NCBI GenBank assembly: GCA_035288225.1
Contig: DATEAT010000036.1
Span: 10,612 to 74,611 of the forward strand
Reading direction: 5' to 3'
DNA length: 64,000 bases
From: Anaerolineales bacterium
GTDB lineage: Bacteria > Chloroflexota > Anaerolineae > Anaerolineales > RBG-16-64-43
Part shown: in pieces, positions 19,789 through 30,281 of the stretch
Layout: the number at the start of each line of letters is the position of its first letter
Position numbering within the stretch: the stretch's first letter is position 1
Notes under the pieces: model-generated
What the model was told of the DNA's origin: nothing
Database searches by the model: none
Seen by the model: only the letters and a program-made list of their open reading frames with translations
Translations under genes and position numbers: made by a program

Positions 19789-20967
19789 ATGCACAGCCTG
19801 TACGTGCACATTCCATTCTGTCGGCATCGCTGCGGCTACTGCGATTTCAACACCTACAGCGGCCTGGACTCCCTCATTCCAAGCTACGTTGAGGCGTTGT
19901 CGAAGGAGATTCGCGAGGTCGGCAGCCAGGGTGATCGGCCCTCGGTGCACACCCTCTTCTTCGGCGGAGGGACTCCCTCGCTGCTCACGGCCGGTCAGGC
20001 GGGGCTTCTCATGGGGGCTATCCGTCACTCGTTCTCGATCGAGGCCGATGCGGAGATCACTCTGGAAGCCAACCCCCATGGGTTGACGGAGGGGTACCTG
20101 TCGGAACTGCTCCTCCTCGGAATCAATCGCATCAGCTTGGGCGTCCAGTCCGTTCACCCCGCCGAATTGGCCGTGCTCGAGCGCGAACACGGCATCGACC
20201 AGGTCGTCTCAAGCGTCCGCACCGCGCGGGCCGCCGGGTTCGCCAATCTGAGCCTGGATCTGATATACGGGATTCCGGGTCAATCGCTCGATACTTGGCA
20301 GCAGACGCTCACGCGCGTGCTCGCCTTCGACCCCGACCACCTTTCCCTCTACGCCCTTACGCTTGAACACGGGACGCCGCTGCGCCGCGAGGTGCGCGCC
20401 GGGCGGGTCGCAGCGCCGGATGATGACTTGGCGGCCGAGATGTATGAGCAGGCGGGGGAGCAGTTGGCGCGGAACGGCTTTGCCCAATACGAGATATCCA
20501 ATTGGGCGCGGCGCACGGCGGGGCCGGACGCATGGCGCTTTGCGAGCCGGCACAATCTTCAATACTGGCGCAACCTGCCGTACTTCGGGGTGGGGGGCGG
20601 GGCGCACGGTTACGTAAACGGACGCAGGTATTCCAACGTCCTGGCTCCTGCGACGTACATCCGCCGCTTGAATTCGGGGCCGTCACGCGGCTGGCCCCTC
20701 TCACGCGCGGCGGCGCGCAGCGAGATACTTTCGAACGACGAGGCCATGCGTCAGTCGATGTGGCTGGGGTTGCGGCTCACCGAGGAAGGGGTGCCCGTCG
20801 ACGACTTCACGCAGCGATTTGGCGTCTCGCCCGACGGGCGTTTCGGGCGCGAAATCGATGAGCTTCTCGGTCACGGGCTGATCGAACGACAGGCGGAACC
20901 GGACCGACTGCGGCTGACGGAACACGGCCGCCTGCTGGCCAACCAGGTCTTTGTCCGCTTTGTCTGA
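19789..20967 (+). CDS. hemW: Radical SAM heme chaperone HemW (HemN-like)
   Basis: YVHIPFCRHRCGYCDF, GGGTPS, YEISN, HNLQYW. Confidence 0.92.
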   Translation: MHSLYVHIPFCRHRCGYCDFNTYSGLDSLIPSYVEALSKEIREVGSQGDRPSVHTLFFGGGTPSLLTAGQAGLLMGAIRHSFSIEADAEITLEANPHGLTEGYLSELLLLGINRISLGVQSVHPAELAVLEREHGIDQVVSSVRTARAAGFANLSLDLIYGIPGQSLDTWQQTLTRVLAFDPDHLSLYALTLEHGTPLRREVRAGRVAAPDDDLAAEMYEQAGEQLARNGFAQYEISNWARRTAGPDAWRFASRHNLQYWRNLPYFGVGGGAHGYVNGRRYSNVLAPATYIRRLNSGPSRGWPLSRAAARSEILSNDEAMRQSMWLGLRLTEEGVPVDDFTQRFGVSPDGRFGREIDELLGHGLIERQAEPDRLRLTEHGRLLANQVFVRFV

Positions 20968-20981
20968 GGCTCGCGATCGAG

Positions 20982-21986
20982 TTACCTATCGCGGGTCAGC
21001 AGCGATGCCGTCAACTCTCTGAGCGCCGAATCGTATTCAGGCAGAAGCGCAGCACCCCCGATGGCGGCGTAGGCGCGTTCCGTCATGCGTGCCCCCTCGG
21101 CCAATGCGAATGTGCGAGCGCCGCACGTCTCGAGCGCAGCCAGCATCCGCGGCACCTGCGCGGCGGTAAACGGCTCGGCGAGCAGCGCCCGAAATTCCGC
21201 GCAGCGCTCGAGGCCGAACAAAATCGGCAGGCTCTTCTTGCGGCTCTCGAGGTCGGTCGTGGCCGACTTGCCGGTCACCGCCGGGTCTCCCCACAGCCCG
21301 AGCACATCGTCCCGAACCTGGAACGCGAGCCCAAGGTGCAGTCCGAAGTCCGCCAGGGTATCGGCTTGCGCGGCGGAGGCTCCTCCGGCAAGGCCACCTG
21401 CCAGGCACGCGGCAGCGATCAACGCGCCCGTCTTGGCCGTCACCATCTGCCAATAGAAGTCGAGCGAGGCTTGGGCGGCGTCTTCTGCCCTGAGGTCGAG
21501 GTGCTGCCCGTGAGTCAATTCCAGGCAGGCGCGGCTGAGCACCAAGAGCGCTTCGGCCCGCGTTGCAGGTGCAAGCGCTTCGCGCTCACTTTCCAAAACC
21601 GCCAATGAGGCGGCCGCGAAGAGCGCATCACCGGCATTGATCGCCTGAGCGGCGCCCCAGCGCTTCCAGATCGTCTCGCGACCCCGCCGGGTCGGGCTTT
21701 CGTCTTGGATGTCGTCGTGCACCAGTGAGAAGTTGTGAATGAATTCCACCGAGGCGGCCACCGGGAGCGCGCGACGCCAGTCGCCGCATACGCCGCCGCA
21801 GGCGAGCAGCGTCAGTATGGGCCGGATGCGCTTGCCCGTCGCGGCGAAGCCCGCGCCCGGGCCGGACCACCCCATGTGATAGGTCAACATCTCCGACAAG
21901 TCGGACCCCAGACGCGAGCCGCAGCGCTGGACGGCCTCGCGCAGCTCCTGTTCGACGGCAGGCAGCATCTCTTGCACCAGACTCAT
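20982..21986 (-). CDS. Short-chain trans-prenyl diphosphate synthase (GGPP synthase/IdsA-like)
   Basis: GKRIRP, HNFSLVHDDIQD, RRG, GQHLD, KTGAL, FQVRDD. Confidence 0.92.
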   Translation of the reverse strand: MSLVQEMLPAVEQELREAVQRCGSRLGSDLSEMLTYHMGWSGPGAGFAATGKRIRPILTLLACGGVCGDWRRALPVAASVEFIHNFSLVHDDIQDESPTRRGRETIWKRWGAAQAINAGDALFAAASLAVLESEREALAPATRAEALLVLSRACLELTHGQHLDLRAEDAAQASLDFYWQMVTAKTGALIAAACLAGGLAGGASAAQADTLADFGLHLGLAFQVRDDVLGLWGDPAVTGKSATTDLESRKKSLPILFGLERCAEFRALLAEPFTAAQVPRMLAALETCGARTFALAEGARMTERAYAAIGGAALLPEYDSALRELTASLLTRDR

Positions 21987-21991
21987 TCGAT

Positions 21992-23020
21992 TTACTCTTT
22001 GATCAGGAGTGTGCGCTGCAATTCTGCAATTGAGCCCACGCCGGCGGCGAACATGGCGATGCGCATCTGCAGAGCCATCAGGCGGATTTCTTTGATCGTG
22101 GCCTCCAGCGACACGGAGGCAGCCTTAAGGAAGGGATGGGCGCTGCCCGCCAGGTTTGCGCCGAGGGCAATGCACTTGGCGGCTTCGATGCCGTTGCGGA
22201 TTCCGCCGGAGGCGATCAACGGCAGCGACGGTAACTCGGCCCGACATTGCACCAAGGCCTCGGCGGTTGGAATCCCCCAGCCGACGAAGTCGCCTGCCAA
22301 ACGAGCCACGTCCGGGTCGGTCGTGCGGTGCATTTCAACCTGCGACCAGGAGGTGCCGCCCGCGCCGGCGACGTCCACGGCCGCCACGCCCGCATCGGCC
22401 AGCCAGCGCGCCACCTTGACCGAAATCCCCCAGCCCACTTCCTTGACCACAACAGGGACTGGCAGGGCGCGACAAACCTGGCCGATCTTCGAAAGCAGGT
22501 TTGAGAAGTCGTGGTCGCCTTCCGGCTGAAGCGCCTCCTGCAAGGCGTTGAGGTGCAGAATGAGCGCATCGGCGCGGATCATTTCGACCGCGCGTTGACA
22601 CTCCGGCACACCCACCCCGTGGTTGAGTTGGACGGCGCCCAAGTTAGCCAGCAGCATAGCCGTGGGGGCCACATCGCGAACCTGAAAGGTGCGGGCGGCG
22701 CGTTCGTCTTCGAGTGCCACGCGTTGTGAACCCAGGCCCATGGCGATGCCAGTGCGTTCGGCCGCCTCGGCCAGCACGCGGTTGATGGCGTGCGCCTGAT
22801 CGGTCCCGCCGGTCATCGAGGAGACAAGCAGAGGCGCACGCAACTCGTGGCCCAGGAAGACCGTGCTCAGGTCCACCTCGTCCAGGTTGCGCTCCGGCAG
22901 CGCCTGATGCACGAAGCGATAGCATTCCAGGCCGGTCGTCAGCCCAGATTGCACGTCTTGCGTGAGATTAATGCGGATGTGATCCGCCTTGCGCGAGGCG
23001 GTCGGCGCAACTTCGGGCAT
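21992..23020 (-). CDS. fni: Type 2 (FMN-dependent) isopentenyl-diphosphate isomerase
   Basis: [36 protein letters not shown]. Confidence 0.96.
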   Translation of the reverse strand: MPEVAPTASRKADHIRINLTQDVQSGLTTGLECYRFVHQALPERNLDEVDLSTVFLGHELRAPLLVSSMTGGTDQAHAINRVLAEAAERTGIAMGLGSQRVALEDERAARTFQVRDVAPTAMLLANLGAVQLNHGVGVPECQRAVEMIRADALILHLNALQEALQPEGDHDFSNLLSKIGQVCRALPVPVVVKEVGWGISVKVARWLADAGVAAVDVAGAGGTSWSQVEMHRTTDPDVARLAGDFVGWGIPTAEALVQCRAELPSLPLIASGGIRNGIEAAKCIALGANLAGSAHPFLKAASVSLEATIKEIRLMALQMRIAMFAAGVGSIAELQRTLLIKE

Positions 23021-23052
23021 GGCCTGGTGTTCCTTAAACAGCCGTCCGATGC

Positions 23053-23126
23053 ATGTTACCAGCCGGTCGGAGGGGTGTCAAACAGCGCTGCCCGTCCTTG
23101 ACCCGCACCGCGCATGCGCTTAGAAT
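23053..23126. promoter_or_regulatory. Back-to-back promoters: minus strand TTGACA-N17-TAACAT (fni); plus strand TTGACC-N17-TAGAAT (acpP)
   Basis: Minus -35 at 23076-23081 and -10 at 23053-23058; plus -35 at 23098-23103 and -10 at 23121-23126; both spacers are 17 nt. Confidence 0.7.
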
Positions 23127-23215
23127 CAGTCGACCGCCTGGACCCGAGAGATACACCCTCTGGCATTTCCGGCACAGATCTCGGCAGTGTGGTCCGCACA
23201 AGGGAGGATACTCTG

Positions 23216-23458
23216 ATGGCAGAAGCCACGTTCGAATCCGTTCGCGCAATCATTGCGGAGCTGTTGGGCGTTGAGTCTGAAAAGGTAACCGAAACCGCCC
23301 GCTTCCGCGAGGACCTGGGTGCGGACTCGCTCGACCTGGTGGAGTTGATCATGGCCTTCGAGGAGAAGTTCGGCGCCGAGATCTCCGATGAGGATGCACA
23401 GAAGATCACGACCGTCGGTGAGGCGGTCAAGTACATCTCCTCGCGCTCGCCGAAATAG
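23216..23458 (+). CDS. acpP: Acyl carrier protein
   Basis: [20 protein letters not shown] before ATG 23216. Confidence 0.96.
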   Translation: MAEATFESVRAIIAELLGVESEKVTETARFREDLGADSLDLVELIMAFEEKFGAEISDEDAQKITTVGEAVKYISSRSPK

Positions 23459-23513
23459 GCGGACGGGGGGCTTGCGCCAGGCGCAAGCCAGTCGGCGGAT
23501 AGTTGCGCACAGC

Positions 23514-23553
23514 AGCGGGCGAGGTCTCCTCGGCGGAGGCCTCGCCCGCTTTT
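23514..23553 (+). terminator. Intrinsic terminator between convergent acpP and thyX
   Basis: 16-bp stem AGCGGGCGAGGTCTCC / GGAGGCCTCGCCCGCT with one G-U pair, followed by TTT. Confidence 0.75.
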
Positions 23554-23601
23554 GATTCCTCGACATGCCGTGCGGCCCGTCGATGGAGCATCGAGACGAG
23601 G

Positions 23602-25035
23602 TTACAGGAAGTAGTCGGCCTCCAGGGATCTCCAGTCCGGCAGGTCTTCCAGGCGCATCCGGCCGCCGAGCAGGGGATGGACCTGGCGCACGAGTTCGGC
23701 GAGGTGTAATGCGACGACCCGCATGGCGAAGTGCGCATTGGGGCGCGCTCGCAGCTCGCACAGATGAAAGGCCTCTCGCAGGTTGAGAGTCATCAGGAAC
23801 CGACGCAAGTACCCGTTGGGGACGACGTACCCGGCGAGGGCCGGGTTCTCGCGGGCGATCTTCTCGTAGGTGTCACGTGCCGCGTCCATGACCCGGCGGT
23901 AATCATCAAGCAGGTGGGCCTCGGCCATCCACCGCGGAATGACATAGCCCAGCTCGCAAGTGAGCGGCGCGCTGGTCAGGCTGAGCATGCGGTGGCGCTT
24001 GGCCTCGAAGTAGGCCCCCTGGTCAGCTACCACCTCGACGGTGTAGGTCACATGCTCAAGTTCGCGCGAGGGGTGGTCCCATTGCCCCATGTCCCCCAGC
24101 AGCACCTGAGCGGCGGCGCGGCGCCTCTCGGGAGAGGCCTCCATCGCGCGCAGGGCCTGCGAATAGGCCAGACCTTCAGTGCGGACGACGGCCGCCGCCA
24201 GCGCGCGCGCTTCTGCGGCTGCCTCCGCATGACGTAGAAACACACCGCCCGCGGGGCCGAAGGCTTCCGCCTCGGTCCCGCCCGAGATGTCGTGCTTCAT
24301 GGGTCCCGGGTTCGTCTGCGCCATCCGGCCGAGATACGGGCTGGCCTGGGCGTATTTGACGAGGGTCGGCACCTCCTGCTGGGCCACCCGGCGCACATCT
24401 TCGCCAATGTCGCGCACCTCGCCCAAGGGGTGGGAGAGCATTTTGCGAATGGCATGCTCGAGCGCACGCGCGTTGAGGGTCACGCCCACGTTGGCAAAGA
24501 CCGCGCTCGGCAAAAGGTAGCGCGCCACATCCACGTAGCGCGAACGGATCCGGCCGTCCCAGCGCGCCTCGCTTTCGCCGTCCTCGCGCGGGAACGCGGC
24601 CTGGGCCACCTTCTTGAGGGGTTCGAGCGAGTGCAAGTAGGTATCGAGCAGGAGCTCGCACGTCTGCCGGTACAGGGTGTCGAGCGGTGAGCCGCGGATC
24701 TCCGCGGGCACCACGAAGGCCGTGCGATCCCACACTTGGTAGCGCGTGCTCTTCTCGGTGTAGGAACCCAGGCGGTTGGACTCGACGCATTCGATGGCCA
24801 GGCGCGAGATGTTCTCGAGCGCGATGTGCAGAACGGCGTGTTCGGCCACCGAGGCGTGGCCGTAGCCCACCACCCACCGTTCGTGGAATTGAGCAGAAGC
24901 TTCCTCGCTTAGCGCCGAGGCGATAACGTCGAAGGACTCCGGAGAGCGGGAGGTCTTGGCGAAGGCGACGGCGATGGTCTCTGGGGAAAGCGAGCGCGGG
25001 CTCAGAAGATATACGCGCCGGTCCTGCCCACTCAT
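23602..25035 (-). CDS. thyX: FAD-dependent thymidylate synthase, tandem two-domain form
   Basis: GHASVAEH, EKSTRY, ARYLLP; second repeat with LEH, RHR, NLRE and ELR. Confidence 0.85.
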   Translation of the reverse strand: MSGQDRRVYLLSPRSLSPETIAVAFAKTSRSPESFDVIASALSEEASAQFHERWVVGYGHASVAEHAVLHIALENISRLAIECVESNRLGSYTEKSTRYQVWDRTAFVVPAEIRGSPLDTLYRQTCELLLDTYLHSLEPLKKVAQAAFPREDGESEARWDGRIRSRYVDVARYLLPSAVFANVGVTLNARALEHAIRKMLSHPLGEVRDIGEDVRRVAQQEVPTLVKYAQASPYLGRMAQTNPGPMKHDISGGTEAEAFGPAGGVFLRHAEAAAEARALAAAVVRTEGLAYSQALRAMEASPERRRAAAQVLLGDMGQWDHPSRELEHVTYTVEVVADQGAYFEAKRHRMLSLTSAPLTCELGYVIPRWMAEAHLLDDYRRVMDAARDTYEKIARENPALAGYVVPNGYLRRFLMTLNLREAFHLCELRARPNAHFAMRVVALHLAELVRQVHPLLGGRMRLEDLPDWRSLEADYFL

Positions 25036-25126
25036 GGCGCCTCCCTCTCTGACGGTCCTTGACGCGAAGTCCCGGGTTCGCACAGCGGCCGCGGCTCTGT
25101 CGGTCAGCCTCGAAGGCTCACGACGA

Positions 25127-26056
25127 TCAGCTCGCGCTGCGCAGGAGTGTGCGGGTCTGCTCGATATCTGCGCGAATTTGCTGCAGCAGCGCTTCCACGC
25201 CGGCGAACTTGGTTTCGGCCCGCAGCCGAGCGACGAAGCTCACAGTCAGAGGCTGACCGTAGAGATCTTCGTCGAAATCGAGGATGTGAGTCTCGACCAC
25301 TTGCCCCTCAGGCTGGCCGGCGAAGGTCGGGCGGACTCCGATGTTGGTGACGCTCGGCAGGTGCCGCGCGCCCACCTCGGCCCACGTGGCGTACACGCCT
25401 CGCGCGGGCACTGCCCGCGCTTCCCACACGGCCACATTGGCCGTGGGAAAGCCCAGCGATGCCCCTCGTTGCGCGCCGTGGACAACTTGACCCGTGAGGG
25501 CAAAGGGACGTCCGAGGCAGCGACTGACCTCAGCCATGTCGCCCTCGCTCAGGGCGAGCCGGATGCGGGTGGAGGAGATGGGCGTCCCGTCTTCGATGAG
25601 CGGGTCGACGATGTGCACCTCGAAGCCCAATTGGGCGCCCGCGCGAGCGAGGTACTCCCGACCGCCCTCCCGATTGTGACCCAGGGCAAAATCCATCCCC
25701 GCCCACAGAGAGCGCATCCCCAGGTCGGCAACTAGGCGCGAGATGATATCGGCGGCACTCGTATGCGAGAACTCGAGGGTAAACGGATGCGTGATGACGA
25801 CCTCCACGCCGAGTTTCGCCAGCAAGGCGGCACGTTCTTGGGGCGTCGTGAGATACAGGGTGGAAGAACGCCGGCCGAGGACGACTGAAGGGTGCGGAAA
25901 AAAAGTGAGCACGGTGGGAGTGCCCCCCTGGGCATGTGCCTCGGCCACCATGGAACGCACCAAGTGCTGGTGGCCGCGGTGGACGCCGTCGAACGACCCC
26001 ACCGCCAGGGAAGCTTTCTGCAATCGGACACCGTCAAGCGTTGGGAAGTGTTGCAT
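25127..26056 (-). CDS. ribF: Riboflavin kinase / FAD synthetase
   Basis: FDGVHRGH, ISSTRIR, GFPTAN, NIGVRPT. Confidence 0.96.
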   Translation of the reverse strand: MQHFPTLDGVRLQKASLAVGSFDGVHRGHQHLVRSMVAEAHAQGGTPTVLTFFPHPSVVLGRRSSTLYLTTPQERAALLAKLGVEVVITHPFTLEFSHTSAADIISRLVADLGMRSLWAGMDFALGHNREGGREYLARAGAQLGFEVHIVDPLIEDGTPISSTRIRLALSEGDMAEVSRCLGRPFALTGQVVHGAQRGASLGFPTANVAVWEARAVPARGVYATWAEVGARHLPSVTNIGVRPTFAGQPEGQVVETHILDFDEDLYGQPLTVSFVARLRAETKFAGVEALLQQIRADIEQTRTLLRSAS

Positions 26057-26062
26057 CGAACC

Positions 26063-26944
26063 TCAAGTTACGGTCAGGACTTTTCGCGGCAGCCAGTGCC
26101 GCCCCTCGGCATCGGCCTCGACGATGGCCACCAACTCGCCATCGGGGTCGACCGCCTGGGCCCTCCCCTTGGCGTCGGCGGCTTCAACGGCCATGCCGCG
26201 TTGTACCTGGGCCACCTGTTCGGAGGTCAGTTCGAGCAGGTGCCAGCCTTGCAATACGGCCGTGGCCGGTAACGCAATGCTCGGCCAGGTGGGCGGGTCG
26301 AAGCGTGCTCGCAGTTCGTCAAGGGCAATGGCTTGGTCGATCGTGAAGGGGCCCAGGCGCAGTCGGCGCAGAGACTCCAGATGCGCGGGCGACCCCAGCC
26401 GCTCGCCTAGATCGCGCGCCAGCGAGCGCAGATAGGTGCCGCGCGAGCAGCGCACCCGGATGTGTGCCTGCGGCGCCTCCCAGCCCAGCAGCTCGATGCG
26501 ATAGATGCGAATCATGCGCGGCTCGAGATCGACCACCTCGCCCTTGCGCGCCAGCTCGTAAGCCTTGCGCCCTTCGATCTTTACCGCCGAGTAGGCTGGA
26601 GGCGTCTGAAGCGATTCTCCCTCAAAGGAGGCCAAAGCCCGATCGAGCGCATCGCCCGTGAAGGCCACCGGCCCGGAGGCCGTGACTTGCCCGGCCGCAT
26701 CGTGGGTCGATGTGGATTGCCCGAAACGCACGACGGCTTCGTATTCCTTGTCGGATTCGAGGAGGTACTCGGCCAAACGGGTGGCTCCGCCGAGCAGAAC
26801 TACCAGCACGCCGCTTGCTGAGGGGTCGAGCGTGCCGGTATGGCCGGCTTTGCGGATGTGCGTGCCGCGCCGAACCATATTGACCACATCGTGCGACGTG
26901 GGGCCGATGGGCTTATCGACGATCAGGAGTGCGGGCCGAGCCAC
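26063..26944 (-). CDS. truB: tRNA pseudouridine(55) synthase
   Basis: DKPIGPTSHD, GHTGTLDP, PPAYSAVK, CSRGTYLRSL. Confidence 0.96.
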   Translation of the reverse strand: MARPALLIVDKPIGPTSHDVVNMVRRGTHIRKAGHTGTLDPSASGVLVVLLGGATRLAEYLLESDKEYEAVVRFGQSTSTHDAAGQVTASGPVAFTGDALDRALASFEGESLQTPPAYSAVKIEGRKAYELARKGEVVDLEPRMIRIYRIELLGWEAPQAHIRVRCSRGTYLRSLARDLGERLGSPAHLESLRRLRLGPFTIDQAIALDELRARFDPPTWPSIALPATAVLQGWHLLELTSEQVAQVQRGMAVEAADAKGRAQAVDPDGELVAIVEADAEGRHWLPRKVLTVT

Positions 26945-26947
26945 CGA

Positions 26948-27931
26948 CTAGCCTCCGCCGGGCAGCGCAGGGGTGTGCGCGCGCAGCCACTCGCGTGTCG
27001 CGGCAATAACCCGCGCTTGCACGTCATCCAATGTGCCCTGCACGGTTGCACCCGCAGCCGCCGGGTGGCCGCCTCCGCCAAAGCGGGCGGCCAGCGCGCT
27101 GACGTCTGCCCCATTGCGTGCCCGCCAACTCACTTTGGTGCGCTCCAGGTCTTGCTCGACAAACATCACAGCCACCGCCGTCCCTTCGATCGTGGACAGG
27201 ATGTTGATCAGGTCCGCATCGTCTCGCCCGGGGTAGCCGGCCGCGGCGCGGTCGGCCAGGCTGAGCGCCGTCCACACCAGCGTGTCCTCCCGTTGCAGAC
27301 GGGCCAGCCCGGCCGCCCAGTAGCGTGTCGCCGCGAAGCTGCGCCGGTACAGGCTGGCTTCGACGATTGCCGGCAGATTGGCTCCGGCCTCCATCAGCTG
27401 GCGCGCGTTGGCCATCGTGCGCAGCCCCACATTTGAGGTTCTGAAACCGAGGGTATCACTGACCAGGCCCGTCAGGAGGCAGGTGGCGGCCTGCGGGGAT
27501 AGCGCCAGCCCGAGTGCCTCGGCCAGTTCGCATACCACCTCGGCCGTCGCCGAAGCCTCGGCATCCACCAAATTGACCTCGGCGAAGTGCGTATTGGTCA
27601 CATGATGGTCGATGTTGACCGATGCGGGGCACGGAAGCGCTGTGGCGAATTCGCCGACGCGGTTGGCATCCGAGCAATCGAGCAGCACACAGACATCGGC
27701 CGCCGCCGGAAGCGCGTCCAACACGCTCTCACTCCCGGGAAGGAAGCGGAATGATGACGGCACGCCGTCGCGGCTCACCGCGCTCACGCGTCTCCCCGTC
27801 GCCTGAAGCATCCAGGCCATGCCCAGCAGTGACCCGAGCGCGTCGCCGTCGGGGCGTTCGTGCGTCAGCAGGAGGATGTGGCCGGCCTCGTGCAGCACGC
27901 GCCGGGCACGCTCGATGGTCCCCTTATCCAT
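26948..27931 (-). CDS. nrnA: DHH/DHHA1 oligoribonuclease / pAp phosphatase
   Basis: HERPDGD, IDHH, GGGGHPAAAG. Confidence 0.9.
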   Translation of the reverse strand: MDKGTIERARRVLHEAGHILLLTHERPDGDALGSLLGMAWMLQATGRRVSAVSRDGVPSSFRFLPGSESVLDALPAAADVCVLLDCSDANRVGEFATALPCPASVNIDHHVTNTHFAEVNLVDAEASATAEVVCELAEALGLALSPQAATCLLTGLVSDTLGFRTSNVGLRTMANARQLMEAGANLPAIVEASLYRRSFAATRYWAAGLARLQREDTLVWTALSLADRAAAGYPGRDDADLINILSTIEGTAVAVMFVEQDLERTKVSWRARNGADVSALAARFGGGGHPAAAGATVQGTLDDVQARVIAATREWLRAHTPALPGGG

Positions 27932-28307
27932 GTTTCTCCGCGGGGCGCGCGCCTTCGCCAGGGTCCTTCAGCCGGTCGATCAAACCCTCCAACCGCTCGG
28001 CGCGTTCCGGCGTGGGATCCCAATGGAACCGCAGCTGAGGGAATGTGCGCAGCGGGATGCGCGCAACAAGTTCGTGGCGAACGTGACCTCGTGCGCGTTC
28101 CAGGGCCTTGAGGATCTCCTCCCGCCGGCTCGCCTCCGCCTCGACCGCGCTCACGTACACGTCGGCAAAGGCGAATTCGCGATCCACCCGCACATCCGTG
28201 ACCGACAACCCCTGGAATCGGGGATCCACCAGGTCGCGCAGCATGAGGTCGGCGATCTCTTGGCGGATACGTTCGGCCAGGCGCTGAGCGCGGGCAACAC
28301 TTGGCAT
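27924..28307 (-). CDS. rbfA: Ribosome-binding factor A
   Basis: RAQRLAERIRQEIA, DPR, LRTFPQLRFHWD; lies downstream of infB. Confidence 0.92.
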   Translation of the reverse strand: MPSVARAQRLAERIRQEIADLMLRDLVDPRFQGLSVTDVRVDREFAFADVYVSAVEAEASRREEILKALERARGHVRHELVARIPLRTFPQLRFHWDPTPERAERLEGLIDRLKDPGEGARPAEKHG

Positions 28308-28312
28308 CGGGC

Positions 28313-30094
28313 CTAAACCGTTTCCATTACGATGCATTCCAAAACATCGCCTGCCTGGAAGCCTTCGAATCCCTTGACGGCCACGCCGCACTCGAAGCCC
28401 TGACGGATTTCGCGAACGTCATCCTTCTCGTGGCGCAGGGAGGCGATCTCGCCCTCGAACAACTTCTGGCTGCCGCGCATCACGCGAATCCGCGCATTGC
28501 GGCGCAGTTCCCCCTCGCGGACAGCGCAGCCTGCGACTTTTCCCATGCGCGAAGTGGAGAAGATGGCGCGCACATCGGCCCGCCCGATCACCACTTCACG
28601 CTTCTCCGGCCCCAGCAGGCCTTTGAGCGCTTTCTCCACGTCCTCCATCAATCGGTAGATGATGTCGTACTGACGGATGGAGACATGTTCGCTTTCGGCG
28701 GCACGCTGGGCGGCGTGATCCACTTGAACGTTGAACCCGATGACGATCGCGCTCGAGGCCGAGGCCAGCATGATGTCGTTCTCGGTGATGTTGCCGGTTT
28801 CGGCGTAGAGCAGGGTCACTTTGAGGTCCGCATTGCCGAGTTGCGTGAGCGAGGAGACGATTGGCTCGAGCGATCCCTGCACGTCGGCCTTGAGGATCAG
28901 GTTGAGTTCCTTGACCTCGCCGGCTTGGAATTTGGCGAAAACCTGTTCCAGGCTCAACGCCTTCTTGGGCTGGGTCTGCGCTTCGCGCGCGGAGAGCTTG
29001 CGCTGTGAGACCAGCGTGCGCGCTTCGCGGTCGCTGGGCAGTACCTCGATCACATCGCCGGCCTGCGGCAAATCGCCCAGGCCGAGCACGGTGGCGGGCA
29101 TGGAGGGCGTGGCCGCCTGAATGGGCTGACCGCGGAAGTCGAACATCGCGCGGATCTTGCCGTGCGCCGTCCCGGCAACGAGAACGTCGCCCACGTGCAC
29201 CGTGCCGTTCTGAACCAGCAGGGTGGAGATCGGCCCCTTGGCGCGGTCGAGTTCCGCCTCGATGACGCTGCCGATGACCCGCCCGGCCGGGTTGGCCAGG
29301 ATGCGCGTGTTGTCCGCGGTGAGCACGATGGCTTCCAAGAGGTCGTCGATTCCGCTGCGCTTCTTGGCGGAGACCGGCACGACCATTGTGTCGCCGCCCC
29401 AATCGTCCGGCGTCAAGCCGAGTTCCGCCAGTTGCTGCTTCACCCGATCCGGGTTGGCGTTCGACTTGTCGATCTTGTTGAGGGCGACCACGATCGGTAC
29501 GCCCGCCGCCTTGGCGTGCGCATAAGCTTCGCGCGTTTGAGGCATCACGCCGTCATCGGCGGCCACCACCAGAATGACGATGTCGGTCACCTGCGCTCCG
29601 CGGGCGCGCATGGCGGTGAAGGCGGCGTGGCCGGGGGTGTCGAGGAACGTGATCAAGCGCTCCTTGTGCTGCACTTGGTAGGCGCCGATGTGCTGGGTAA
29701 TGCCGCCCGCCTCGCCGCCGGCCACGTCGGTGCTGCGAATCGCATCCAGCAGGGAGGTCTTGCCGTGGTCGACGTGCCCGAGAATCGTCACCACCGGCGG
29801 ACGTGGGGTGAGCTGGCTCGCGTCCTCCGCTTCCATGGCGCGGCGCCAGGCCGGCGCCTCGGCCTCGGCGGCCGGTGCCTCCAGCTCTTCCTTATGCAGG
29901 CGCGCTTCAAAACCCAATTCCTGGGTAATGACCGCTGCCGTATCGAAATCGATTTGCTGGTTGATGTTCGCCATCACGCCATTGGCCATGAGCTGTTTGA
30001 TCACTTCGATGGGGCTGACGTGAATCAGCTCAGCCAAATGGCGAACGGTGAGCGTTTCCGGGAGTTCCACCACTTTGTGTCCGTTGTCGCTCAT
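28313..30094 (-). CDS. infB: Translation initiation factor IF-2 (short N-terminus)
   Basis: [30 protein letters not shown]. Confidence 0.97.
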   Translation of the reverse strand: MSDNGHKVVELPETLTVRHLAELIHVSPIEVIKQLMANGVMANINQQIDFDTAAVITQELGFEARLHKEELEAPAAEAEAPAWRRAMEAEDASQLTPRPPVVTILGHVDHGKTSLLDAIRSTDVAGGEAGGITQHIGAYQVQHKERLITFLDTPGHAAFTAMRARGAQVTDIVILVVAADDGVMPQTREAYAHAKAAGVPIVVALNKIDKSNANPDRVKQQLAELGLTPDDWGGDTMVVPVSAKKRSGIDDLLEAIVLTADNTRILANPAGRVIGSVIEAELDRAKGPISTLLVQNGTVHVGDVLVAGTAHGKIRAMFDFRGQPIQAATPSMPATVLGLGDLPQAGDVIEVLPSDREARTLVSQRKLSAREAQTQPKKALSLEQVFAKFQAGEVKELNLILKADVQGSLEPIVSSLTQLGNADLKVTLLYAETGNITENDIMLASASSAIVIGFNVQVDHAAQRAAESEHVSIRQYDIIYRLMEDVEKALKGLLGPEKREVVIGRADVRAIFSTSRMGKVAGCAVREGELRRNARIRVMRGSQKLFEGEIASLRHEKDDVREIRQGFECGVAVKGFEGFQAGDVLECIVMETV

Positions 30095-30281
30095 CCCATT
30101 CCTCCTCTTGGGACCGCGTCCGTCCGGCGTCCGCGAGGACCGGGGGGAGCTCCCGCGCCTGAGGCGTCCTGGCTTATGGCATAACCCGGCTCGCTTTCGG
30201 TGCGCCCCGAACCGCGCACGGGTGTGGCGGGCAGGGCAGCCTGGGTTGCGCTGGGGACGGTCTCATGGTCATCGCAGGCGC

